The position numbers and the translations under genes are program-made. The notes below the pieces were generated by a model, which saw only the letters and a list, made by a program, of their open reading frames with translations, searched no databases and was not told the origin of the DNA. A DNA stretch of 63,199 bases, counting the filler, from Atractiella rhizophila (lineage: Eukaryota): the NCBI GenBank assembly GCA_021432655.1. It is 4 parts of 4 records of this genome, joined end to end, with 100 filler letters (N's around TTAATTAATTAA, not from the genome) between each part and the next. Parts side by side here need not be neighbours in the genome. Positions count along the whole stretch, not along the records: positions 30,163 to 55,070 come from MU271662.1; 3 more parts are not named here. One strand, written 5' to 3'. Shown here one piece after another: positions 40,701 through 54,568 of the stretch (position 1 is its first letter; every line of letters begins with the position of its first letter).

Positions 40701-41255
40701 CATGAAGCCCACCACGGTCGTTCTCCCCATCCTAGCTCTCGTGCCCGGCTTCTTCGCACCCGACTACCGCGTCCTCTACTCCCGTCCAAGCTGGACGACG
40801 ATGAGCGTCTTCCAAGCGACGTGAGCCTCCATTCCTTCTCCTCCGCTCCGAGAAACATCTGACGAGCGAAACCGCGAGGCAGCTGGGAATCGTTCTGTCC
40901 CCTCTACGCCACCACCCACGGCGCGACCTGGCTCTCGAACAAATTCGAGCCCGGAGACTGGGCCAACAAGAACGACACCGGTGCGTGCACCCCCATCCAT
41001 CCATCCATCCTTTCCTTCCTTTGCTTTCCCTTCCTTTCCTTTTGTTCGTTTCGGCTGATGAATGAATGAATGGGGACAGAGGTCGCCCGCATCGCGTGCA
41101 TCGGATATGACGGTCCTCTCGACGATCCACCGCAATTCGCGAAACAGATCGTCCTCACGGAGGGCCTCGCTGAACAGGTCGGAGCGGACAAGGTCCCCAA
41201 TGGAGATTTCAGGGTCGCGAACGGCGCGAAACATAAGAAGGAGAGGAAGTTCTGA
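40701..41255 (+). CDS. Small hypothetical, possibly secreted protein (5' part may be frameshifted)
   Basis: MKPTTVVLP.. start; exons GSWESFCPLYATTHGATWLSNKFEPGDWANKNDT|EVARIACIGYD..; canonical intron 40981-41079. Confidence 0.45.
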
Positions 41256-41499
41256 TTCCTCACACCACAGATGAAAATATGGACTCTCGTCCTGCGATAG
41301 TATTGAAATTGTTGTGCAAAGCAGGGATAATATTTGAGAATAAATGATACCTGCAAGAATATTGAGTGAAGGGAATGACTATGACTGCATGGTAGTCATC
41401 ACGTCCGTTGAAATTTGAGCCTGCAATAGCCTAGCAGCTACGTAGGCGGTAACAGGATTGGTTGACGACCCGTATGGCGAACTGTGTCTCACAAAAACT

Positions 41500-44000
41500 G
41501 CTTCCCATATTAAACCACCATAAGGGAAATCATATCCACAGCCTGTGGTTGAACGCTATGAAACTATTGATATAGTCGATACGACTTGCAGTGTTGATTG
41601 TCTTTTGTTTTTACCATTGAAATTAGAATCTAACCACTTTGAACGACCACCTCTATCTGCAATTTGCATATCTGAATGTTAAACAATGAACTCGATGATG
41701 GTATCAAGTTCCATCATGCTGGAGTACAGTCGAACCTACTTCGTATGTTGAGCTCGATTTTAGAAACGACTAAGGTATTGACAACGGACACGACGCAAGT
41801 GAATATTCAATGACCTTATCAATTAATTTACAGAAATTACAGTAACTTTCTCTTGCAGAGTCACAAAGAATTGGGCTCGAAACACGAATGGTACTGGCAA
41901 CAGTAAATGGATGACAGGTCGGATGAAAAGAACTTTTTTGCCTTCCCTTACAGCACTCGCCGGCCTCGGCATCACCGCTGTAAGATATAATAGGACTTTT
42001 CAACCCTGCCCACTTTTTCTCGCGACTCTTCATAAGAGATTGAAACTGTGGAGCTGAGTGCACAGATTCCGAGAATCAGGCCATAACAGTAGTATAAGTT
42101 GCAATCCACAAAATCTCGTGGAAATTCCGTCCTTTCATTCAACTTTCTCATTTAGATGTCCGAGAGAGTGAATCAAATCAATTTAATTTCTCGTATTTCA
42201 GGCTGGAAATATAAGTACATTCCGCAAGATCTTTCTGGTTGGGACATTATATATCATCATGACCATGACCTACAAACGGCGACGGCGAACAGAACCGCAA
42301 ATACTGTCCACCAAGGCTTTGTACGTATTCTTTGTGCGGTCGACCCAATGTTTCCTGCCAATGTGGCCGACTGAACTGCAGTGGGACCTAGGTCGTAAGT
42401 CCTATGGAGTAATAGGATTCAAGGTTAGCTCATCAACTAACAAGTCGAGCAACGCACCAGAGCCCGTTCACTTTCAACCAAAACGGCGCGGTTTGCCTGG
42501 TTCTAAGCATACTGTTGCCATTCGAGCTTGAAGCATATCCTAGAACGGTCAACACGACTGATGTGGCCGCAGAAGCTTCGAACGCAATGCCGTCGTCGCA
42601 GATATCATCCTCACCCGGCGTTGTTGCATTGGAGCTGCCGATGTGGGAGGTTTCCGCACCGATGAAACCAATGGAATACTCGGCCAGTAGAGAGGCTCGC
42701 AGGCTTAAATAGATCCCTTGGCCGGCTGTTAATGTATTCATTAGCAACCGGCGGTAGAAAGGAGGAGTTGAACTACGTCTGAGAACAAAGGATGCTTTAA
42801 GGAATAACGAGACATCATCCGTGCCTTGCGTCGATCTCGAGCTATCACTGCTGTTGCAAGGTGAGGTAGAATTTGCCCAACCTGGAGACCAAGTGATAAA
42901 ACTTTGGTCGTCCAAAGAGGCCCATTGAATAGCTGAGTACGGAACACTTGGAGGAGTTGGAGTAATAGTAGCAACTTATACGGATATCAGTGGCTTTGTT
43001 TATCGGACAAATAGACGCACGGAGACTCGAAGTAGAGAATGATAGAGCAGAGAGGCTTTGTGTCGGACTCTGCAGGCCTGTTCCTTCAACATTTGTGGAT
43101 GACTTCGTTTCTTCCACAGCTGACGATATTATGTGAGCTTACTCGAGAAATCAAGAACCACTTACGTGCATTGGTCCCTGTCTCAGTTGCCTGCGAGCCT
43201 GTCGGTACGACACCAGAAGATCCGCATGTTGGGTTACCGAAGTTATCAACCAAGCAGTCCAAACCGAGTGCTGCAACAATATCAGCGAGATACTACCAGA
43301 GAAACGCTGACAGGACTAACGGCAACAGAACTCATACTGTGGGCTTGGACAAGGGTAATCGCCTCGTGAGCAGCAACCTTGCTTGCCACTTGCAAAAGTG
43401 AAACAATTAGAGCTGAGTTGTTCGCACGGATCAATCTCCAACTTCCAAATTGAATGAAGCATGCATACTCGGCTGGGCAACATCTGCCCTCTACAGCACC
43501 AACAGGCAGAATTTCACATAAGTTCAAGTTGGTTGATATGGGAGGAAGCACGGACCATTGCAGCATTGCTCCCCTTGTTTACAGCATCCCTTCGAATAAC
43601 ACCCAGTCTGATCGTTATCACAGCAGCCTATTCTCCTTCATTAGCTCTCAGCAAAACAGATCGAGCAAATGACCCGAGGCATAACACCATTTTCCAGGAC
43701 CACAGCATACTGTATGGTTCACTTCAGTCGGAGACAGAAGAAGAAAGGACTACTCACTGCCATGTCCACAACATTTCCCTCCTAGCGGACAGCAGTAATC
43801 GTTCGAGCTGCAAAGCCCATAGCCAGGATCAACGCAATAAGATTGCCGTCTTCCCAAGACCCCAGCAGAGAGGTCATGAGCACCGCAATGTTCGGTCAGG
43901 GGCATCATTGTCTGAGCTACTATTATTCTGGCAGGTATTTCCAGCTCCCGTCGGTCGAAACCGCGGCGGGTTTCGAGTGCGCTGACAAATTTCAAGGCAA
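41500..44000 (-). CDS. Cysteine-rich extracellular or membrane protein, multi-exon (boundaries approximate)
   Basis: RRQSYCVDPGYGLCSSNDYCCPLGGKCCGHG|VCCGPGKWCYASG|CCDNDQTGCYSKGC..CCPAEYAC, followed by Ser/Thr-rich exons. Confidence 0.5.
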
Positions 44001-44857
44001 CGTTAAGGAGAAACAACATCGTTGCGTGAACTTGAAGCCTTGGAATCCCAAGGAGACATTTGAGCTGGTTTAAAGACGTCCTTGCGACCCGCAATAACGC
44101 CAAGCGATCACAGAACAGGCTATCAACTTGAAGACTTTCGTTCTACAGTAAATTAGAACGGGTTCAGCAACAGGAACCAGTACGAACATCAGGAAACTGG
44201 AAGTGGAACTCTCGCAATTCTCAAGACGTCTATGCATCCATGATCGGTGCCCAATGCAGATGCACCCCTGTAAGGTGCTGGAATTCCACAGAGAATTGCG
44301 TCGCTTGCTTCAGGCGATGGATGAATCGCTACTAAAAGCCCATGCCAAAGAGGAGGGAGAAAGAGGAACATAGATCCATAGAGCGGATGTCACAGAAAGG
44401 GGGCACGAGAACACCAAGAGAATACCCGTGCACCTAAATCACAAGATGTAATAAGAATGGATCGACAAACTGACACAGGCAGGAAGCGCACAAAGACTCC
44501 TCGTCCTCGTTCCTCGACTGATGTTCGCGAATCTCCGTCTCGAAATACACCTCTGTATCTGCCAATGCGCCGCCACTGAGCGTAAATCTGTGATCCTGGT
44601 CTCTGCCCTCTTCCTTGGAACCTCTCAAACGTACGAACGATTAGCATTTCCATTTTCCAGTTTCAGGGATGTATCTAGCGCGATTGGTGGACGGTTGCTA
44701 CCTTGCCCACATCGATACGGTTATTGGGAGAAGCTGAGTTCGTGGAAAGCGCATAAGCAACTGTGAACAGGAATGTAAGGTAAAAGCATTGTGATGTGAG
44801 AGAGGCGCAAAGGGGCGTCGAAGAGTCAAGCAACGATTGAGAGTGAACGACATCATA

Positions 44858-45932
44858 TTAAGCATAAACAAATTGAAAACTGTACTAACCAATCAGCATT
44901 CCCATCCTCCTTCTCACGACAAGAGAATGACGAACCTATAGGTCTTCGTATCCAAATCCCAATGACTCCAACTCTTCCCTTCCGTAGCATCGATCTCTTT
45001 CGCCTGTATCCTGAAAGATATCGTTTGGTAGGGTTCAGCTGCAATCTGTTCCCAAAATATCATCACCACTTCAGCTGTAGCTTACTGGTTTAAGGAAGGT
45101 AAGATGGAATAACGACGTACAAGAACGTATTGCCAGTCCTTATTAGGTGCCTCGACATGTTGCTCGAAAGAAGACATGAAACGGTGTCGCGGTTTCACGC
45201 CTTCCTTGATTTGGGGATAGTGGACCTGAAACAAGAGCCCTAACTGACCAGTGATGGGGTCTCTAACCTTTGTGACCTATACATCAACCGAACCGTCAAC
45301 CACACGTACATACATCATCGAGAGGTGACTGAGGTTTGGACAGGAACGCACCCGATATCCAGGGCTTCCAATCTTGATAAAGCTCTTCAAAGGCGTCTTG
45401 TTAGCCTGTACAACGGCCGCCTGGTGCGCCGCCAGCTGAGCCTGGTAAAGGGACGAGTCCTTCGCATCTTTCGCCGCTCGTCGTGCGAGGTTCGTCTGGT
45501 GCTTTTTACCCTGAGTGTGTGCGAGGTAGGACCCTTCGTTGGTGTGCAGGGTGAGACAGAGACGGCATTCGAGTCCCCCAAGGTGGTTGCGGAGGATGTA
45601 GGGGTCCTGAAATCATCACCACAGGATGCGTTAGGTTACTTCGTGCTGTTGGTGCAGGAGAAGAGGAGGAGGAAAGGACGGACTTTGGCTAAGTCAATGG
45701 TTTCTAGAGCAAGCTTTCGTAGTCGCTCCCGACGGTCTACGTTCGTTTCTGAAGCCCCTGCCACACCTCCACCACCAAATTTCGAGCCGACACGATTCTA
45801 ATTTCGGTCATCCAGTCGCGAATGAGCTTCCGGCAGAGCACGAAAAGACTGGATAAGCCACGCACCTGGAAATCTATTTGCATTTCACAACGCTCAGCAG
45901 AGAGCAACAGTAGAGAGGGAGAGCTTACCCAT
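44858..45932 (-). CDS. SF3A2: Splicing factor 3A subunit 2 (Prp11/SAP62)
   Basis: MDFQNRVGSKFGGGG..DRRERLRKLALETIDLAKDPY..ECRLCLTLHTNEGSYLAHTQGKKHQTNLARRAA..IGSPGYRVTKVRDP..PRHRFMSSFEQ..IAAEPYQTISF. Confidence 0.95.
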
Positions 45933-47341
45933 GGTACGATATCGTCACGGCTTGAGCTCTCTCAAAGGCAAACAGAGGGAAATGTCCGTCGGGTCTGGAA
46001 GTTTTCAAGGCAGTCACATTAAGTGTCTGTCTCCGGCAATGTAGTAGGACGACTTACCCTGTTATTACGTGTAACAAATTGAGTGCTCGAATTCGATGGC
46101 GTTAATGCCGTCGCCTCTGAACTTGCAGTGCCGGAACCGATGCAATAAGACAAGGAACTTTGCAAACCTTATTCGCCACCCCTTGAAATACAACACGTTG
46201 AAGGACGGTTAGGCTACACTGGGGAAGCTCTGGTGGGAGCGAGGTAGAATATGCAGAGTTTGTGATGGAATATAATCGAATTTCTACTGATTAGGAGGTG
46301 CGCCGGACTCATTCCACCATTGCTGTTGCAAATATAGAGCCTGTTTGGATCGCGATACCTGCTCTCTTGTTTCTCAGTATATATGCAGGAACAGTTTACT
46401 TATTCTTGTGATGTTTTAAGATACATGTACTTTCTCTGTCATGGGCTACCAAACAATATAAGCTCATATCTCGCGGTCTTCGCGAGACGTTCATTGACTT
46501 CTTTAAGTCAGCTGCAGGGAACATAAGATGTCCCTCTCCTAGCTTACCTCTATTTTCAGGCGAAAAGAGAGCGCGACGCATCATTACATGAGGGACAACG
46601 GCTGCCTCAGTGGCCCTTGCAAATTCACTCAGCACATCAGTTCTCAGTTGCTGCCGAATGTCTTCATCTTCTTTCTTGTTATATGATATCTCTATCTTTA
46701 CTATTAGGAAAGTCATGGAAGGTTGTATTAGCCAGATTAGACGAAGAAATGTAGCCTTGCTGGAATCCTTTCTCCCGTTCTTCACTCGAGGATTGATGAA
46801 TAAGTTGCCTTTCCTTCTTGGCAGCACGCATTTCATGCTGAAGCAGCAAATGAAGTTCAGTTTGACTGAAGGATATGTCTCCTAAGCTGGTACGGAAAGG
46901 GCCACGGAAACTTCCTGATTTCCCGGGAGTATTCCCAAAAACCGTCCTCCCTCTTGCATCTCATGGTGCGATGTTCTAGTTTTTTCTTACCCATCCTGTG
47001 CCTCATGCATCTTGTATTCTCTGCCCCACCTCAGACAAAAAAGTCGTACTCGCCAAGCATCTGTCCCCCCTTCGGAACTCTCCGTTTATGATTGCTCATG
47101 TCAGGCTCCACTTACTCTCGGGGCGACATTATCCATTTCCGCCTCAAATCCCTTTTGGCCAGCGCGATGGTCCGGTATAGACGCTCCTTCCTAACCCGAC
47201 TTACTTCGTAGCGGGGGAGAGGGAAGGAGATATTTCGTCTTGCTGCAATTGCCGGGCTGACCTATAAAATGAGTTAAGCCCTTCGATGGTCCCTCAACCA
47301 GCAATTCAAGTCGGTTCCATCATCTACAATTCTTATTGAAA

Positions 47342-48367
47342 ATGCTCCACCTCTTTGCCCTTCTTGCTCTCCTAGTTCCCGCCTTGGTTAAGGCGATGCC
47401 TACGCCAGAGGCTAGCGCAGCACAGGAGATGCATGAGTTCATCGCCAGACAGGGATGCTCTCGCTATCGTACTTCTTTTTCCTCAGATAGGCATTCAAAC
47501 TGATTACAAGCTAGTGATGATCAATACGAGAGGAACAACTGAGATCCAAGGTCCCAGTGCGGGATTCTTGACCATGTCTCGCAACATTCGCGCTGGTTGT
47601 TACCTCCTTCTTCTACACCTTTCTTGTCTCATGTTCACGCTGCTTAGCCATCAGTGGTGGTAGGGAATACTACACAGTATATCCTGCGGCACTCGATCAA
47701 AATTCTGCTCAGGCAACTCGCAACATCCTCGCTCAAATCAACACAGGATACTCTTTGTGTCCCGATCAAGTCTACGTTCTGCTGGGCTATTCTCAAGGTC
47801 AGTTTTTTTCTTCTTCATAAGGAGCAGAGACCTGAGAATTGCTGATGCAGGTGCTGCCGCTACCACAAATGCTCTCAACCAACTCTCGGCTACCTCTGCT
47901 GCTGGACAAAAAGTCGCGGCCGTGTTTATGATTGGCAACCCTCATAGAGAACCTGGATTTACAGCTAATGTCGACAATCTTGGAGGTCTGTTTCTTCAAT
48001 TACGCCGGTGATCAGTCGTGACATTCGGCTTCGGACAGGGGACTCTACGGATCTTTGCTATGGGATATCTTCCCTCATCACTGCTTCGATTCCCAGAGCA
48101 TGGGACAATACCGGTAAGTCACTCTTTGTTCATTCTTGACTTAGTTCATTAACTTTGACTTTTAGGGAAGGTGCGAGATGTCTGTTACCCCGGTAAGTTT
48201 ATCGCCATATTTTTCGTTAATGCGCTAGACTGATGCACCGTCTAGGTGATGGGGTGTGTTGTGGTCTAGCCATCACAGCGCCACATTTGCTTTACGGCAC
48301 AGATCCTGGCACTCAGACTTTGGGTACTACATTCATTACCTCCAGGTTGAGGGCTGCTGGTTTGTGA
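47342..48367 (+). CDS. Cutinase-like enzyme (CE5), secreted
   Basis: Signal peptide; INTRGTTEIQGPSAGF; nucleophile GYSQ|G; IGNP; DVCYP|GDGVC (Asp); APHLLY (His); TATAAAA ~80 bp upstream. Confidence 0.92.
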
Positions 48368-48829
48368 TGTGATCAAACAAAGGATGGAACATGGAACCAG
48401 AATTCATTTTTGCCGAAGTAAACTCTCATCTACAATCAATGAAGCTTTTTGGAATGGAGAAGTTGCCACAGCCAACACGATTCATAGTTTCCATCATCAT
48501 AAGTTTCCAGGAGGAGTTTGGCATCTTGAACGAAAATTTTCATCTACTTAGCGGTTCGTGATCAGGTTCACATGGAGCAGCCATGGTAAGTTAGAGTACA
48601 ACCTCGCATATTTGCAAGCTTGAAGAAGGGAAAGACCTAGCTACGACTCTCGTGGGGAAAGCTAGATTTGAGACAATCCAACTCAAGACTATATGCCACA
48701 GAGTTTAGCGGAGTATTTATTCGTCACGTAGCAAACAGAAATGACGGTTCGGGCTGTGTGGAACCTACAATGCTTATAAAGCTCATCTATATTATAATGA
48801 TGAAGCGTCTATGAGGATTTTGACCAATG

Positions 48830-50240
48830 GAAGATAGTGGACCGTTAAGGGAATCCTGCTTGGTAGCAAGCTCTTCATTCTGCTTGGAGGCCTGGATAGC
48901 AAGGAGGAGTCCCTAGACAAAAGCAGCAGTTCATATCAGAGCGCACATTCCCACAATTAAGGCAAATAGACTCCCCCAGATTATGAAGTGTTGTCCTTGA
49001 ATGTTTCGACTGATATCCCGCTTCAAAGATTGATGCCATGACTTGCGGTACTTGATCAGCCTGTCCAAGTTGTCTATCCTAGTTGCTAGAACCTAGCAGT
49101 GAATCAGTTGTGGAGAACGAGTTAAAGCGGACTGTCTCACATTTGGACTCGTGCTCATCATTTTGCCATATATTCGCATCGCCCGATTGACAAGCATTTG
49201 TTGCCTTTCTGATGTTGGTATTAGGCGATGAGCCTTTGCCAGCTCGAAAGTATGATCCGCCCCAAAAAGTCCATGAAGTGAGGCCAGAACCTCAGCACCC
49301 AAGGACTGAACATCCAATGCACTGATAAGGCCATCAGCTTCATTTGATGACATGACTGGGCTGGGAATCTTACATGGCAAGCCGATTACAGTCGAAGTGT
49401 GTAAGGCTAATGAGATGCTCCTCCTCCTCACAACGCAAAATCCTCACCTCCTCCTTCACGGTTGTCAAATGGTCCTCGACCTTCGATGTAGTCGCTACTT
49501 TTAATCCCGCGGCTAAAATATCTTCAAGGCTGATATTGAACGAGCGAGGTCTAGCCGTGGTTCTCATAGGCGGAAAGATGGTATGAAATGACTCCTTGAA
49601 CGTTGAGCATGAAATGCCTGCATCCGTACACGATAGGATGTTGAAAAACATTCCGCGAGCATTGGGGCAGCAACCCTGTCAAGCGTTGTGAGGACACAAA
49701 TGAATACAAAGAGCTGGAATGACTGACAGATCCTGATAGTTGAGGTGCATTATCATTACTTCGCCTGGAGTGTTCCCAATCAGCTTCGAAAATTCTTGAA
49801 CACTTCCCTCTGGATCCTCTTCAATGAATTCCACAAGAGCTTTATGAAGTTGGATAACTTCGGCTGGCCCAGCAAGCTAGCAGAATCGGTAAGCACCCGA
49901 TGGCTTATTTCGATTGGATGTGGTCGCTTATTGGTGAATCCGAAGTAGTGAGTAGCATCACGGCGGTATAAGGCGCTGATCAAGTTCTCTCTGTCTCGGG
50001 GTGACCATGCACCGGAGGGTGCGAGGATGTCCCATGCGCTTCGCGGTACGTGATCATTTTCGACGCTGCCCTCAGGACTGGTCTACCAGTTAAGTGTGAA
50101 TAGACTGAGTCGCTGAGATCTTACGAAGAGCTGTGCCACCGTAATTGGGGACCCATTTATAAGTATGTTTTCCAGCAACCTGAGGATCTGAAGCGAGAGA
50201 CCAATGTGACACATCGTGAACAGTCAACTTCCTCTCCTTT
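48830..50240 (-). CDS. Hypothetical multi-exon protein (boundaries uncertain)
   Basis: Several adjacent minus-strand ORFs with intron-like interruptions; no recognised motif. Confidence 0.3.
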
Positions 50241-50946
50241 ATGAGCGTCAATGAGCGCTAAGAGCCCGCATTTTCGACACATTTTCGAGCTCGTACGTGT
50301 GTGACGTTTCGTTCTAACGGTTGTAGCCGTTTATGAAGTCTGCTGAATTGAGAGCGCAACGACGGAAAACAGGAAGACGCTCGAAAAAAAAGCACAACGG
50401 TACTTGTCACGTCTGTAGTTGAATTCCGTTCGGCAATTCCCGTTATTTAGAAGAAACTGTAACAAGAGTGGTGTAGCATCACGAAGCGGTTGAGGTCAAT
50501 CTCACGCCCTGATGTTGTAAGCGATGTCAACGTACTTTAGCAAGTCTGCTTCTCCGTCGTCCGTTCATCCATTCTTTTGTCATCTGTGACTTTGGTCCTG
50601 GATCCAACCAGATCCAGATATCCAGCCGCGCTACGGATAGACGTCTTTGTATTTTCTCTGTGCTACCCTGCTGGTAGTTCGTGCACTTCAGGCACTGCCG
50701 CAGTTTCACCCGTTGGCAAAGGCGACCTCAATTTCGGGAGATTCCTTCTTGTTGAGTTCAGAATGCTCTGTCTACCATGATATATAGGTCTTTGGTGACA
50801 TTCGCCCAAAAATGATTTCAAGCTGACAAGCTCTTTCCCGTTGCTGCGGAGGATATTGTGCCGCTTTCAATGTCCTGACTCCGGTCTCCCGCCATTCGAT
50901 ATGACGGTATAAATCGAGGGCTGCTTGAAAAAATGGTTAATACGAA

Positions 50947-52616
50947 ATGTTCACTCCCGCTTCCTCGCCCAATCCTAGTGCTCCCGCTTCCTACTGGCTT
51001 ACCTTGGACGAGAAGAACCCATTTTCATCCGTCGGTAAAGATGCTCCATTGCCGCCAAAAGTAGGAACTACAGTCATTGGTAGTGGAATCACAGGCGTAT
51101 GTTTTGTCTGGGAGTTGGTGAAGATGTTGGAGACTAGAGAAGACTTGAGGCGTAAAGGACTCAAATTTAAAATCGCCATATTGGAAGCCAGAGACTTTTG
51201 TTCAGGTGCCACGGGTCAGTTTGCATCTTTCGGCTTAGAGGAGACATAACTTTCGATTTAGGTCGTAATGCAGGGAACTTTGTACCAATTGGTTTCATGG
51301 GCTTTGCGGAACGCGCTGAAGAATACGCACGTAGGGCTGCTGAGCTCGAAGATTATGCGACAGGGAAGATCCGGGAGTTTGTGAGTGAAAAGGGGATAGC
51401 ACATGAAATCGACCTCGCCGATGATGGGGTCGTATTCTTTTTCGAAACTGAACAGCAGAAAGCTTTGTTTGAGAAAGACATCGAAGGTGCAACCACAGCT
51501 GGACGAAAAGATGACAAAAACATCCAATGGCTGAATGAAGACGACATTGTTAGCGTGAGTACTCTACATATCAAACAAATCTAGTTTTCAAGAGAAGCGT
51601 CAGCACACGAACGCAACATCTTTAACAAGTGTTCATTCCGCGGTCAAGATCAAGAACTGCAGCAATCTCTTTCCGCGAAAACTGGTCACGGCAATTCTTC
51701 AAGACGCGCACTCACGCGCTGAAGCCTGTGGCTATGTTGAGATAGAACTCTTCTGCCAAACACCTGTCACAGCGGTAGAGAAGGCAGATCTGGCGACCGT
51801 TGGGAAGCGCTGTCGAGTTCGAACGGAGCGAGGCGACATTCTTGCGTTGACTCTCTCCTCCCTCAGAGCGAAACGTTTTATGACAGAGGAGTAGGAATTT
51901 TGTGATACACGCAACCAATGGCTACGCTTCTCACATAATTCCACATCTGGCACGGAAGATTACGCCTGTCCGAGGACAATATCTCGCCGTGCAGCCTCCC
52001 GAGTCGTTTAAGTCTCGAAAGTTGTGGACTCCTTCGATCGCCAGCCACGGAGCGCTCAACTTTATGTTCCAAAGACCTCTCTCACGCGATGGGTTGCTTA
52101 TCATCGGTGGAGGCAGACAAGCGGTGAAGGATATGGAGCGAGGTTTGACGGATGATGGGGCCACAAACGAGGACATCAAGGCTTACCTTCTCTCATACCT
52201 GAAAGAGTATTATGGTGGAAAGTGGAAGGATGGAGAAAGCATCAGAGTGTTGCATGAGTGGTGTGGAATCATGGGTTTCACGGAATCAAAGGAGCCTTTG
52301 GTATATACGCGCTTGCCCTTAATTCCTAACTGGTCTGAACATTGTGCTTCAGGTTGGTCCCGTACTGGACGAAGATGGAACCATTATCCCAGGACAGTAC
52401 ATTAGGTGCGTGTCTCACCCCTTCATGATGTATCACTTCCAGTCCTGACGAGTTGTGGACAGCGCCGCTTATTCTGGACACGGAATGACAAAGGCACCAG
52501 CCTGTGCGGAAGTCTTAGTGAAAATGATGCTGAGTGAAATGGAACAGAAGTCTTGGGAAATACCGTCATGGTTCCCTTTAGAATGGCTCACAAATAGAAT
52601 GAACTCAGTTCCATAG
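50947..52616 (+). CDS. FAD-dependent oxidoreductase (DAO/PuuB-like)
   Basis: VIGSGITG, ILEARDFCSGAT|GRNAG, VIHATNGY, ITPVRGQ, EWCGIMGFT..PL|VGPV, AAYSGHGM. Confidence 0.9.
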
Positions 52617-52728
52617 AAAGTGTCACCCCTTTGTAATCTTATCCTGTTGATCACGTTGAAATGGTAACTAGGAGTGTCATAAATTACGTCACGATACTGC
52701 GACGGGATGTAGATGTAAATCAGCAAGC

Positions 52729-53580
52729 CTAGTTCACAGCTTCTCCCAGACGACTTGGTCGCCATTTCAATCCACTGCTCAAAAGCGCCGCCTTCTCCTT
52801 CTCCACCAACGAGTCGAGATCAAGTTCGACAGGTTCTCCAACCCTCGGAAGGATGCTATCAGCGATCGCGCTTGCCTTCTTCCTAGCCTCCATCCTCCTC
52901 GCTCGCCTCGCTACCTTCTCCTCGACCTTTTCGGGTGCTGGGTTCGGAGCTGGGGTAGCAGCGATCTCCGCCTCTTTGATCTTCTCCAACAATTCCTCTC
53001 GTGCTCGTCCTTCATGGAAACCCAGCCGCTCCAAATCTCCCCACGCCTCTTTCTCCAACTTTCCGGAGCGCTTGAGGAGCTCCATTCGCATTTCTAAACG
53101 GGCATGACGATCCCTCGAACGTTCGATAGCCTCAAGGCCTTGTCTGAGACGCTCTATGCGCTGGGAATGCGATAGGGACGCGAGGGCGTCATGAGCTTCT
53201 TTTCTACCTTTAGCTGAACTGAGCTCAGAAGCTTTGACGAGAGGAGGAGGTGCAAGGTCGGTTTGAGAGGACGAGGCGGCTTCGAGACGGTGCCTTTTTT
53301 CTTCCAGAGGTTTCAGTCGCTTATCCCGCGGGAGATCCTGTTGTGTCGTAGGGGCGAGCAGGCCTTCGGATTCGGTGGAGGTGGAGAGGGATGGATCAAC
53401 GTTTTGGAAGGGTTGAACAGCTGGAGAGCGCAGAGCAAGAACTTCGCTGGTTGGACGCGAGTCCTTCCATGGCTTCAACTTCCAGAGCCCTTGGTACTTC
53501 GTATTCGAATCCAGGATGCCACCCTACGAAGCTCACAATCAGTATCTTCCTCTCCGTTGTTTGCCGTCAATTTGGTTCCC
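52729..53580 (-). CDS. Hypothetical coiled-coil protein (start uncertain)
   Basis: Open frame of at least 249 codons, Glu/Arg/Lys-rich and helical in composition. Confidence 0.55.
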
Positions 53581-54119
53581 AGTCATAAAGTTTGTGTAAT
53601 TACTGAGGTAGATCTGAACACGCCAAGATCAAAGGAACAAAACCTCCACGGTTCGAAAAGGACGTTATGAGCGGGAAATCTAATTGCTGTAATGTGGTGC
53701 AGCAATTGAGACCCGGTATACAGAGCAAACGATTTGACAAAAGACTGTCGAAGGAAAGTTCCACATTCAACATAACACGTAGAACATAGTGTTGTTGAAC
53801 ATGGACTCGCCAAGAAATGTCAAAACCCTATTTATGATTGATGATGGCACAAACATGTTATTATGACAGTTCTGAAGACCTAATGGCGTGTTTCTTCGGG
53901 CAATTAAGTGCACTCCAGACGAGAAGAACAGTTTTGGGTATGCAATGTATATCCAAGTACGTTTCTAGTTGACCCTCTGAAGTAAAAGAGAAGCGGAGAA
54001 CACGCATTCATCCGCTATGATTCAATGTATGTTGATAGGACGAGTCCACTGCGTGAGTAATGTATGCACCTTTCCCTGAATAACGTCCGAATTACGCGCA
54101 ATACAGCATTCATAACCAC

Positions 54120-54568
54120 AGAGTTAAGGTAACCTGGGGACAGAAAGATAAAGAACGTCCGTAGCTTCAATTGCTCCCACGACGGTGTTACGAGACACTT
54201 CCAAGCAGCACACAGCTGGACGAATATCCATTCCCTGATCTCGAAAACAAGAAACATACCCTAACGAGCAGCCTAACGACGGTCTGACTAGGCTCCGCTC
54301 CCTGCCTCAACCACATCACGATCCTCTCCCTGTTCCAGACGACCCGCTTCTCTTTCACCTCCAACTGTTTCCTCACCCCAAAGTCGTCCGGTGGGGCCAA
54401 CATGGGCTGAGGTAGCGGGTCGTATGTCCCAAGAACTTCGATGGGTCGCTTGTCTCGCGCGGTCGTGGATTGGGTGAGGACGATGTTGTAGAAGGGCCGC
54501 CCGTTGTGCGCTATGCTGTCTGGGCGGCGGGAAGGACGTGAAAGGCGTAAGCGGAGGGGAGCACGCAT
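54120..54568 (-). CDS. MRPS16: Mitochondrial ribosomal protein S16 (bS16m); 3' end uncertain
   Basis: LRLRLSR..RPFYNIVLTQSTTARDKRPIEVLGTYDP..WNRERIVMWLRQGAEPSQTVVRLL. Confidence 0.9.

Noticed and set aside
46080..46200. Possible tRNA or ncRNA upstream of SF3A2
   Set aside because: No cloverleaf or T-loop consensus found.
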